Shown here one piece after another: positions 50,218 to 59,705 of a stretch of 64,000 nt of DNA (the first letter of the stretch is position 1; each line of letters opens with the position of its first letter). Location: IMG/VR virus record IMGVR_UViG_3300037225_000744, one strand, 5' to 3'. This DNA comes from an uncultured virus (IMG/VR IMGVR_UViG_3300037225_000744). Its lineage: Duplodnaviria; Heunggongvirae; Uroviricota; Caudoviricetes. Position numbers and translations under genes: made by a program. The notes below the pieces were generated by a model. That model saw only the letters and a program-made list of their open reading frames with translations. It was not told the origin of the DNA and searched no databases.

Positions 50218-51345
50218 ATGATTAAAAAAATTGTAGCATGTTTTTTATTGTATTTTTGTTTTATTAGTTGTTCAGATGATAATAATTCAACAAGTAAACA
50301 AAATTTAAAAGTAGTAGGGGTTATTGGAGGTAAATCAAGTAGCCATAAAGTAACTAAAGATATTCAAATAGGTACTTTGTTATATGTTACTGGTTACCAA
50401 GATAACAAATGGGTAGTAGTAGAAGTAGACAATACAGTTAGCCCAGTTAAATTAAGAACTGTAAAATTTAATGGTTCTACCTCAGTTAAATTAAGTGCTT
50501 GGATTTCTCCAATGCTTAATAGTTTTATGGTAGGTACAGATACTTATATTATATTCTGTCAGAGATTAGGAACTTGGAATCAATCAAATTCTGAAATACT
50601 TATATTTAAAAGAGGAGCGATTACAGATACTACTGTTGCTTTTAGCACCTCTACAGATCATGATTTAACTAATATTAAATCTTTTTTAGATACAACTACA
50701 TTACAAGTAGAAACTGAAGGTACTTGTGCTTCTGAAGTAAGATGCGAAACTTCTACCATGTTTATTCCTGAAACTGCTCATTTCGATGGAACAACAATGT
50801 TTATAGTAATTGAATATTGGAAAGCGCCTAATTCATATCATTATCATAGTTTGTATAAATCAGATTTAGTAGCAGGAGTTTTTCAAGCACCTGTTCCAGT
50901 AAAAAATATTTATTCAGAAAAAAGCATATCTGATGTTAATGCAGTATTTAGAGCATATAGTGCTAATGGTAAACTATATATTAATCAATTAGCCAATGAC
51001 TCACTTTCAATTTCAATAGATACAGATCCTCTTACTTTTGCTAATGAAAGTAGTATAAATCAAGTTATAGGTTTTATACCTTTAGTGGCAAAAGACATGT
51101 ATCTTATTACTGGAGTGTCTAGCGATGGTAAAGATATTTATATAGGTAAAATGAATGCTAATTTTGAAATATGGCAGTATGTAATGTTATTTAGTATGGT
51201 AGGGCCAAGGTCGGCATATACAGATCAACTTTCAGGATATAGTAGTTTTCCTATATGGTCTGGGCAAATGGAAGTTTGGCATTCTGATGATGGTTTAACA
51301 AATTGGGTAAATCAGGGAGTTATTTCATTACCAGAAGGAATATAA
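50218..51345 (+). CDS. Lipoprotein
   Basis: Signal MIKKIVACFLLYFCFIS-C followed by a Ser/Asn linker. Confidence 0.75.
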   Translation: MIKKIVACFLLYFCFISCSDDNNSTSKQNLKVVGVIGGKSSSHKVTKDIQIGTLLYVTGYQDNKWVVVEVDNTVSPVKLRTVKFNGSTSVKLSAWISPMLNSFMVGTDTYIIFCQRLGTWNQSNSEILIFKRGAITDTTVAFSTSTDHDLTNIKSFLDTTTLQVETEGTCASEVRCETSTMFIPETAHFDGTTMFIVIEYWKAPNSYHYHSLYKSDLVAGVFQAPVPVKNIYSEKSISDVNAVFRAYSANGKLYINQLANDSLSISIDTDPLTFANESSINQVIGFIPLVAKDMYLITGVSSDGKDIYIGKMNANFEIWQYVMLFSMVGPRSAYTDQLSGYSSFPIWSGQMEVWHSDDGLTNWVNQGVISLPEGI

Positions 51346-51768
51346 ATGATTAAATCTTTATTTTATAGAGTAGTATTTTTAATATGTTTAGTAGTATTTA
51401 TTTTTATACTAGATAAAAATAATTATTTTACTGAAAAAATTATTAAACATTCTAATATTTTAACAGGAGTAATAGTTACAGCATATTGCCCCTGTAAAAT
51501 ATGTAATTTAAAGAAATGGGAAAATAAAAGTGCAACAGGACCTTCTTTAACTTATTGGATTAAAAAATTAGAAAAAGAAAATATAATAGGATGCGCAGTT
51601 GATAAAACAGTTATTCCTCTTTATAGTAAAATAATATATAAAGGACAATTATACCAAGCTATTGATACGGGGGTAAAAGGAAAACATATAGACATTTTAT
51701 TTAAAACACATAAAGAAACTAATAAATTTGGGATATATTATGATCAAGAAATAGAAATTTTATACTAA
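51346..51768 (+). CDS. 3D-domain peptidoglycan-active protein with N-terminal membrane anchor
   Basis: VTAYC, AVD..VIPL, AIDTG, HIDI. Confidence 0.8.
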   Translation: MIKSLFYRVVFLICLVVFIFILDKNNYFTEKIIKHSNILTGVIVTAYCPCKICNLKKWENKSATGPSLTYWIKKLEKENIIGCAVDKTVIPLYSKIIYKGQLYQAIDTGVKGKHIDILFKTHKETNKFGIYYDQEIEILY

Positions 51769-51882
51769 TAAATATAATGCTCAATACAATAATTTTTTAT
51801 TCTGTTTTTATTATATTTTTTAGTTTAATTCTAAGAATATTATTCTTATTTATTGTAGAGTTTTATAAAGTGGTAATAAAAC

Positions 51883-52248
51883 ATGGAAGAGAAAGAAAAG
51901 AATAAAGGATACATATTAACAATAGATAAAGAAAATTCAATTATTAATTGTAAATTTATAATAGATTTAACTATTAATAATTTTGGTGAATTAGATTTAC
52001 ATTTTAATGATAAGTCTAATAAAATTTTAGATATAGTTAAGTTATATAATATAAATACTTTAATTGTTGATTTATCTGATGTTAAATATATGGATTCATG
52101 CGGGTTGGGTATTCTTATTTCTTTACATATATCTTTAAAAAATTTAGATAAAAAATTATATGTGAGAAGAGACTTTTCTGATTATGTAGATAAGATTTTC
52201 AATTTTTGTAAATTAACTAGTTATTTTAATTTTATTGATGAATTGTAA
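51883..52248 (+). CDS. STAS-domain anti-sigma-factor antagonist
   Basis: GELD, VDLSDVKYMDSCGLGILI, KIFNFCKL. Confidence 0.85.
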   Translation: MEEKEKNKGYILTIDKENSIINCKFIIDLTINNFGELDLHFNDKSNKILDIVKLYNINTLIVDLSDVKYMDSCGLGILISLHISLKNLDKKLYVRRDFSDYVDKIFNFCKLTSYFNFIDEL

Positions 52249-52260
52249 GAGGTAATCATA

Positions 52261-52776
52261 TTGGATACTTTTTTAGAAATGTTTTTTAGATTTTGGGCAT
52301 ATGTATTTTTTGGTTTAATAATGGAAGTAATAGTAGTTGCTTCGGGTGATTTTTCAAAAGTAGCACATGATATAATAAAGCATGGAAAAATAGAAAAGGA
52401 AGATGAAAGATTTGAAGGTAAAACATATTTATGGATGATCCCTATTTATGGAATTTTAATTCTATTTTTATTTGAACCTTTATACAAATTAATAAATGAT
52501 TGGAATATTATATTTAGATATTTAGTATGGTCAATAGGGTTTACTTTTTTTGAAGGGCTATCGGGTTGGATATATAATAAATTGATTGGGTTTTGTCCTT
52601 GGGATTATTCAGGTAGTAAATGGAAAGTATTTAAAAATGGATATACAAAATGGTCATTATTACCTGTTTGGGGAATAGCAGGAATTATAATAGAATTTTA
52701 TTCTTTATTTATACAATCAATTTCAAATTGTGCAGTAGCAGCTTTTAAGTACACTTTAAATTTTTGGAGTTTCTAG
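52261..52776 (+). CDS. Membrane protein (CmpB/TMEM229-like)
   Basis: GKTYLWMIPIYG, EGLSGW, CPWDYS. Confidence 0.7.
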   Translation: MDTFLEMFFRFWAYVFFGLIMEVIVVASGDFSKVAHDIIKHGKIEKEDERFEGKTYLWMIPIYGILILFLFEPLYKLINDWNIIFRYLVWSIGFTFFEGLSGWIYNKLIGFCPWDYSGSKWKVFKNGYTKWSLLPVWGIAGIIIEFYSLFIQSISNCAVAAFKYTLNFWSF

Positions 52777-52784
52777 GAGATTAG

Positions 52785-54131
52785 ATGGATAGTGCAGATA
52801 TAGTAAAGCAAGGGATATTACAAAGTGTTATGTCTTATTATTTATTAAAAGAAAAAGTAGATGATGGCATAATTCACTATGCTGGTAAATGCTACGATTT
52901 TAATGAAATGGTTAATGCAGTAGAATCTGTATTAGATTTTGATTTAACTCATGGTAAATGGTGCAATTTATTTGAAAAGAAATTAGCTGAATTTTTAGAT
53001 GTAAAATATTGTTTGTTAGTTAATTCAGGATCAAGTGCTAATTTATTGGCTTTTATGGCCTTAACTTCTCCTTCAAATAATATATATCAAATAAAAAGAG
53101 GAGACGAAATAATAACTACTGCCTGTTGTTTCCCAACAACATTAGCACCAATAATTCAATATGGAGCTGTACCTGTATTTGTAGATGTGGATGAAAATGG
53201 AAATATAGATTGCAATGAATTAGAAAAAGCATATACAATTAAAACAAAAGCTATAATGACAGCACATACTTTAGGTAATCCTTTTAATATAGAAGCAGTA
53301 AATAATTTTTGTAAAGAACATTGTGATATATATTTAATTGAAGATAATTGTGATTCATTAGGTTCTAAATATAATAATAAATATACGGGTACTTTTGGCG
53401 ACATAGGGACATCTTCATTTTACCCTGCGCATCACATTTGCATGGGTGAAGGAGGTGCTGTATATACTGATAATCTTTTACTATATAAAATTATGTTATC
53501 AATGAGAGATTGGGGTAGAGCTTGTACATGTAATACAGGAGAAGATAATAAATGTGGTAAAAGATTTTCCCAAAAATTAGGCAAGTTACCTAATAATTAC
53601 GACCATAAATATATTTATCAAGAACAGGGATTTAACTTAAAAGCAACGGAAATGCAAGCAGCCATAGGTGTTGCTCAATTAGATAAGTTAGAAAATTTTA
53701 TCAAAAAAAGACAAGAAAATTTTATATATTTATATAATAAATTAAAAGGGTTACAAGATTATTTAATCTTGCCTCAAACAACTGAGTATAGTAACCCTTC
53801 GCCATTTTCATTTTTAATTCTTACAAAAGAAGGAGTAGATAAAAATAAATTAGTAGAGTATTTAGAAAATAATAAAATACAAACCAGACCTTTATTTGCT
53901 GGAAATATTTTATTACACCCTTGTTTTGATTCTTTAGAAATAGATAAAGATTATAGAGTTATAGGTGATCTTAAAAATACAAACTATATAATGAATAATG
54001 GATTTATGGTGGGTATTTATCCCGGGTTAAATAATAAAGATTTGGATAAAATAAGCAATGTGATTTGGAATTATTTTATAATCAATGGTAATTCACAGCA
54101 TAAGGAGAATAATTATGAATATGGATTTTAA
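52785..54131 (+). CDS. rfbH: CDP-4-keto-6-deoxyglucose 3-dehydratase (RfbH/DdhC)
   Basis: NSGSSANL, EDNCD, SFYPAHHICMGEGG (His in place of the PLP Lys), RDWGR.C.C, YDHKY. Confidence 0.93.
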   Translation: MDSADIVKQGILQSVMSYYLLKEKVDDGIIHYAGKCYDFNEMVNAVESVLDFDLTHGKWCNLFEKKLAEFLDVKYCLLVNSGSSANLLAFMALTSPSNNIYQIKRGDEIITTACCFPTTLAPIIQYGAVPVFVDVDENGNIDCNELEKAYTIKTKAIMTAHTLGNPFNIEAVNNFCKEHCDIYLIEDNCDSLGSKYNNKYTGTFGDIGTSSFYPAHHICMGEGGAVYTDNLLLYKIMLSMRDWGRACTCNTGEDNKCGKRFSQKLGKLPNNYDHKYIYQEQGFNLKATEMQAAIGVAQLDKLENFIKKRQENFIYLYNKLKGLQDYLILPQTTEYSNPSPFSFLILTKEGVDKNKLVEYLENNKIQTRPLFAGNILLHPCFDSLEIDKDYRVIGDLKNTNYIMNNGFMVGIYPGLNNKDLDKISNVIWNYFIINGNSQHKENNYEYGF

Positions 54132-54699
54132 GTGTGATAAATCAACGTGTCAGTTTTATAGCTATGGATTTGAAACATACTGTAGCGTACAATTTTCTAT
54201 AATAGAAAAATGTGATTATTATAGGAAATTAAATAATATAGAAATTAAAAAAGAAGAGTGTAGTAGTTATCAATTTATTGCACTGTACTAATAAATAAGA
54301 AAAGAGGGAAGGAAAATGAATACTCATTTAGTTTGTTCTCATTGTGTAAGAAATCATGAATGCGCCTACCAAACAGAAGATACAGTAGATGAATGTGTAG
54401 ATGTAATTTTGTTTAAGGCAAATAGTTAATTTATGCCAGCAAGACCTAAATTAAAAAAAAGGACGAAATGATGGAAAAAAAGAATAATGAATGTTGCAAA
54501 ATTCAACAGTGTGATATGTGTAATGTAGCGTTGAATATAAATAATTTTTTTGAAATAGAGGTATTATCCCTTGAAAATAATAATGTAATAGGGTACAAAT
54601 ATTTTTGTAATAATTGTTTTATATCATATTTTTGTTAATTCTAAAAATACCTTTTAAAAATATTAATGAATACTATTTTTTATATAACACGGGGGAATA

Positions 54700-55347
54700 G
54701 TGGCAAGAGCTAAAATTACAAAAGGTGGAGTTACTTTAAGGCAGGTATATAGATGGTCTAAACAGCTCTATTACAAAAGCTTTGATGATAAAGCTGTAAG
54801 GATGAGATTAGACATTACTAAAGCTAAAGTTATAGCTCGTCAACATTATGAGTATGATGCAAACGCAAAAGAATGGGTGCAAGTAAAAGGACTTCGTCAT
54901 ACTAAATTTGAATTTTTAGTTTCATCAAAACCCGTATCTTATAAACGAACAGATAATGTACCTATACACAAATATCCAGTAATTTTTTTATTTTATAACT
55001 TAGATTTAGGTTGGAATTCACCTTTTAGATGGAGAACAGGGTCGTTTAAAAAAGTATTATTTGCAACAAAAGGGTCTATAGCAGAAAAGAGACAGAAAAT
55101 AGGCGATCAAAATATTCGTAATGGCAGACAATTAGATTTCTTTTTTAAGCTAGAAGCATTATTAAGATTTTACGGACTTCTTTACGGTCCTGATACTACA
55201 AATAGAAAGTTACCTTTAAAAGCAAATCCATTATTAATCCCATATTTTGATAAAACAGCTTTGTTCGTAGTTGAGAAGATACTTAGATATTTATTTACAG
55301 ATAAGGGGATTGCACTAATAAAAAATAGAGTTTTTAAAAACGAATGA
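54700..55347 (+). CDS. Hypothetical basic protein
   Basis: 215-aa ORF. Confidence 0.65.
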   Translation: MARAKITKGGVTLRQVYRWSKQLYYKSFDDKAVRMRLDITKAKVIARQHYEYDANAKEWVQVKGLRHTKFEFLVSSKPVSYKRTDNVPIHKYPVIFLFYNLDLGWNSPFRWRTGSFKKVLFATKGSIAEKRQKIGDQNIRNGRQLDFFFKLEALLRFYGLLYGPDTTNRKLPLKANPLLIPYFDKTALFVVEKILRYLFTDKGIALIKNRVFKNE

Positions 55348-55574
55348 GAGAAGTAAATATGAATTTATATCAATGTAAAAATAATTTAGGGGAATATTAT
55401 ATAATAGATGAAAATATGTCTTCTGCAAAAGAAAAATTAGAAATATTATTAAAACAAAAAGGTTATGATATTGCAGATTATAAAGTGCAAGATGCTTTAC
55501 ACTTAGGAGAATCTTTCGAAGATGATACTATTTTTATTTACAAACATTATACTTTATACTTATAAAAATCATAA

Positions 55575-56825
55575 ATGAGAGGACAAAATATGTCTGAAAA
55601 TGAATCAAAAGTTACTAAAGAACAATTATTAGAAAATTTAAAACAGCTTGCTAAGCAATATCAAATAGACAATCCAAAATCTAAAAAAGTAATAACTCGA
55701 AACTATTATAGAAGAAATAGTGATTATGGTGAATGTTATATTACATATTATGATACTTTTGATAATTTTAAAAATCAATTAGATATAGATGTAAATACCT
55801 TTGAACAAGAAAAGAAAGTAAAAATATTAGAAGAACAAGTAAAGGATTTAAAAGCTGATAGAGATAAGTTATTAAATTCCGAAATAAAAGAAGAGCAATT
55901 TATAAATGAATTTAAAAGTAGAATAAAACCTATTGAAGTAAATAAAAATATACCTAAAAAAGTAGTTACTAGGAGAGAAAAAGAAATTGCTTTAGTATTA
56001 AGTGATTGGCATTCTGGAGAAGTAGTAGTATCAGAAGAAATGGGGGGTATAAATGCTTTTAATAAGAAAATATTATTTGAAAGAGCGGATGATGTATTTA
56101 AACAATTTCATGATTATTGTGATGCAATAAAAGTAAACAATGTCAGGGTTTATATTATTGGTGATATGTTGGGGGGCATTATTCATGAGGAGCTAAGAAA
56201 TACAAATGAAGAAACGGTAATTGAATCATTAATTAGCTTACAAGAATATTTAACAAAACAATTATTTGAATTTAGTAAAAGATATAATAAAACAAAAGTA
56301 GTTATAATATCTGGTAATCATACTAGAATTACAGAAAAACCCCAAAATAAAAAGCATCAGATTAATAACTTTGAATATATAATGGGTATTATGATTCAAC
56401 ATAATTTATCTGCTCAAAAGAATATAGAAGTAGTAGTACCTAAATCTGTATTTTATATAGATAATGTTTTAGGTAAAAATAATATGTTAATGCATGGTGA
56501 TACTCTTTCTAGTGGAAGTGGATCTTTTGCTGGTATAGGGTTTTATGCAATAGCAACAAATGCAGCTAAACTATTTGGTGCTTTAATAAAATCAGGTATT
56601 AATGAAACCAATTTTTCTAATATATTTTGCGGGCACTTGCACAGCTTTTCCTTCATCCCCCTTTTCCAAGGAGGACACGTGCTAATAAATGCTTCATTAA
56701 TAGGTACTAATGAATTTTCATTAAATAAAATAAAAACAGTATCATCAATAGAACAAAGTATGGTTGTATTAACAGAAAATGGAATAGAAAGTGCTATAAG
56801 ATTAGTACCTAAAATAAATAGATAG
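55575..56825 (+). CDS. Calcineurin-like metallophosphoesterase with N-terminal coiled coil
   Basis: SDWH, GD, GNH, HGD, GHLH. Confidence 0.88.
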   Translation: MRGQNMSENESKVTKEQLLENLKQLAKQYQIDNPKSKKVITRNYYRRNSDYGECYITYYDTFDNFKNQLDIDVNTFEQEKKVKILEEQVKDLKADRDKLLNSEIKEEQFINEFKSRIKPIEVNKNIPKKVVTRREKEIALVLSDWHSGEVVVSEEMGGINAFNKKILFERADDVFKQFHDYCDAIKVNNVRVYIIGDMLGGIIHEELRNTNEETVIESLISLQEYLTKQLFEFSKRYNKTKVVIISGNHTRITEKPQNKKHQINNFEYIMGIMIQHNLSAQKNIEVVVPKSVFYIDNVLGKNNMLMHGDTLSSGSGSFAGIGFYAIATNAAKLFGALIKSGINETNFSNIFCGHLHSFSFIPLFQGGHVLINASLIGTNEFSLNKIKTVSSIEQSMVVLTENGIESAIRLVPKINR

Positions 56826-57572
56826 AGGAGAAATGAATATTAAAAGTATAGTTGAAAAACAATTTAACAAATGGTATATAGATAGATATTCTAAAAAATC
56901 TTTAAAAATGTTAGATGAAATTTATTTTTTATTAGCTACTATTCAATCATTGGATAAACCTAAAAAAATACATACATGGTCTAAATTAATGAATGAAATT
57001 TTTACTACAAAAGAAACTTTAGAAGGGATAATGTATGGGAAGAAAAAATAATAATAAAGAATTATTAAAAAATATTAAATCTGGTATTAGGTTAAAAACT
57101 AAACCACCTAAAGTAGAAGACTCTAAAACTACTTATAATAGAAAAAAGAGACATTTTTTAGATATGTCTGATGAAGATATTATTAATATGTCCAATGAAG
57201 AATTTGATGACTATTTACTTAAATCAGGATTGCTAAATGAGGAGGAAGTATGAGTATAAATATTGAATTAAAAATTAAGATGAAAGATGGCAAAGAAATT
57301 GTATTAGAATCAAATGAAGCTAAAGAATTATATGAAGAATTGAAAAAGATATATAATAAAGATTATATTTCTTATCCTTATTTGAGTCCTACATATATTC
57401 CAGTATACGATCCTATTCCATGGAATAAACAAATTATTTGGGGGTCATCTAATGGAAATAGTATTATAAACTATAAAACAGATGGTAGGGATCCAAATAC
57501 AGTACCTTACTAAATCATTTAATACCCAACCTCTTTCTTTATTTTTACTAATAATTAAAGAGGTACTTTTTT

Positions 57573-58790
57573 ATGCCAGTACAAATAGGTACATACGAAT
57601 TACTATTAAAATCTAATCCTCAAGCGTTTGACTTTTCAAAAGCTAATATAAAATACTTTCCTTTTATTCAATTTCAAGATAGTATATTTGATTTCTTTCC
57701 TATATTAGAATTTCAATTTAAAGATGATATGAATGCTATACTAGACCAGGTGGGATTTGTAGAAAATTTACAGGTATCAGCAGGATTAGGTAATCAAGAT
57801 GATGGATATTTAGGACATGATTATATATGGTTAGATGACCAGTTACAACAAACTGCTGTTGCTGATAATATGTCTGGTACTAATTTAATAACTTTAGTTT
57901 CATATTATGCAAGATTTAATCATCCTAAATCTAGAGCATGGAATGATACAATAGAAAATGTTTTAAAAGATATTTTACTAAAAGATTACAATATAAAAGA
58001 TAGTTCAAAAATATATATAAGCCCTACATTAGGTACAGATTATTGGTATCAAGCTAATACTAAAAATTCAGATTTTATTAAAGGACTATCAAGAGTAGCA
58101 TTAAGTAAAAATTATCCCACTTCTCCTTTTTATACCTTTTTTAATACTAATGGTGATTTTTATTTTATGACCATAGATGATTTAATGGCTCAGCCTTATG
58201 AGAACGATGAACCTTATATATTATTATTTGATCCTGAGACATCAAAAAGATTTGATTGTATTCAAGATTATAATGTAACTTATGGTGGGTATAATACTAA
58301 TTTTGATAATTATCAAGTAAAAACTTATCAATTAGAAGAAACAGGTAGTTTTACAAATAAGACGCAAAAAATAGGAGATCAAATATATAAAGAAGATGAA
58401 GTAAAAGATAAAGTACAAATAAGAAATGCTTATATGGAAACATCTAATGTTATGAATTTAGGCATATACGAATCAGCTACAGATAAATATAATTTTCAAG
58501 GAAAAATAAATGCTATATGGCAAAATTCTAATTTAAGTAATAGAATGCAAATTACAGTTTTATTTAACCCTGCTTTAGTTACAGGTAAAGTTATAAATTT
58601 AGAAATAGGAAGTTATGATGATTCTAAGGCTAATAAATTAAAATCATTTTCAGGTACTTGGCTTATTATACAATCTCAACAACTAATTTCAGATCAAAAC
58701 GCCATGACACCTCCTTATGTTAGTTTAATGTTAGCAAGAGGTTCGAATTACATCGACCCGAAACAAGCATTTTATGGGGAATATCAATAG
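57573..58790 (+). CDS. Probable baseplate hub/tail protein
   Basis: Size, PFYTF..NGDFYF, NPALVTGKVINL and FSGTWLI; preceded by TACTAATAA. Confidence 0.55.
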   Translation: MPVQIGTYELLLKSNPQAFDFSKANIKYFPFIQFQDSIFDFFPILEFQFKDDMNAILDQVGFVENLQVSAGLGNQDDGYLGHDYIWLDDQLQQTAVADNMSGTNLITLVSYYARFNHPKSRAWNDTIENVLKDILLKDYNIKDSSKIYISPTLGTDYWYQANTKNSDFIKGLSRVALSKNYPTSPFYTFFNTNGDFYFMTIDDLMAQPYENDEPYILLFDPETSKRFDCIQDYNVTYGGYNTNFDNYQVKTYQLEETGSFTNKTQKIGDQIYKEDEVKDKVQIRNAYMETSNVMNLGIYESATDKYNFQGKINAIWQNSNLSNRMQITVLFNPALVTGKVINLEIGSYDDSKANKLKSFSGTWLIIQSQQLISDQNAMTPPYVSLMLARGSNYIDPKQAFYGEYQ

Positions 58791-58807
58791 GATTTACTAA
58801 TAATTAT

Positions 58808-59695
58808 ATGAAACCATATAATAAAATATATGATAGAAGCTATGATTATATGTCTCCTATGCTAGAAAAAACTTTTGACATAGATAGCGATGTAAATTTA
58901 GTTTATAAATTAGGTAAATTTGATTCCATTATTGAATATACAAATCATTTTATTCAAGGAAAATATGATTCTTTTCCTAAGAATATAAAAGATTACTTAA
59001 TAAATGGAGAAGAAATTACATTATCTTCTTTTAGTACAAATGTATTAAAAAATGAAGAATGTAAAAAAGCAAATGAAGTAAATTCAATGCAAATTAAATG
59101 TGGTATATACTCAGATGGGTCTTTATATGATTCAAAAAATAAATTAATACTAATTTCATTAAATTATGATTTATTTGATGTTTTTAATATCTATTTAAAA
59201 TATGGTATTGGTAGAGTAAAAATATTATTAGGTAATTCAAATTTTAAATTATCTATGAATGAAATTACATCTACTAAGATAAAAACATCTATTAGTCATG
59301 AATTATCCCATTGGTTAGATGATACTTTTCATAATAAATTTTTAACGAAATTAATAGATTTAGCAGACACTTTAGATGATTCAGACATATTATTACTAAA
59401 ACAGAAAAATGTTAATATGACTTATTTTGAGATTGAAGCTCAAATTCATGGTATAAAGCAATTAAAGAAAATGAAAATAGATAATTGGGATAAATATACT
59501 TTAGATAATGTATTTTCTAGATATTCTTCATTACAGCAAATAGCTAAAGATATTTATTCTAAATTTGGTAAACTTATTTTAAATATATGGGTAAAAAATT
59601 TAACCAAAAGAATGGCTAGAGAAAATCTTTTAGGAAAAAATATGAAAAGTGGATTAGATGTAGAAAAATTAAGGGAATCTTTATTCAAAATTTAG
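58808..59695 (+). CDS. Tagged zincin-like protein (MKPYNKIYD)
   Basis: HELSH and downstream EIEAQIH. Confidence 0.7.
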   Translation: MKPYNKIYDRSYDYMSPMLEKTFDIDSDVNLVYKLGKFDSIIEYTNHFIQGKYDSFPKNIKDYLINGEEITLSSFSTNVLKNEECKKANEVNSMQIKCGIYSDGSLYDSKNKLILISLNYDLFDVFNIYLKYGIGRVKILLGNSNFKLSMNEITSTKIKTSISHELSHWLDDTFHNKFLTKLIDLADTLDDSDILLLKQKNVNMTYFEIEAQIHGIKQLKKMKIDNWDKYTLDNVFSRYSSLQQIAKDIYSKFGKLILNIWVKNLTKRMARENLLGKNMKSGLDVEKLRESLFKI

Positions 59696-59705
59696 AGGAA
59701 TATAA

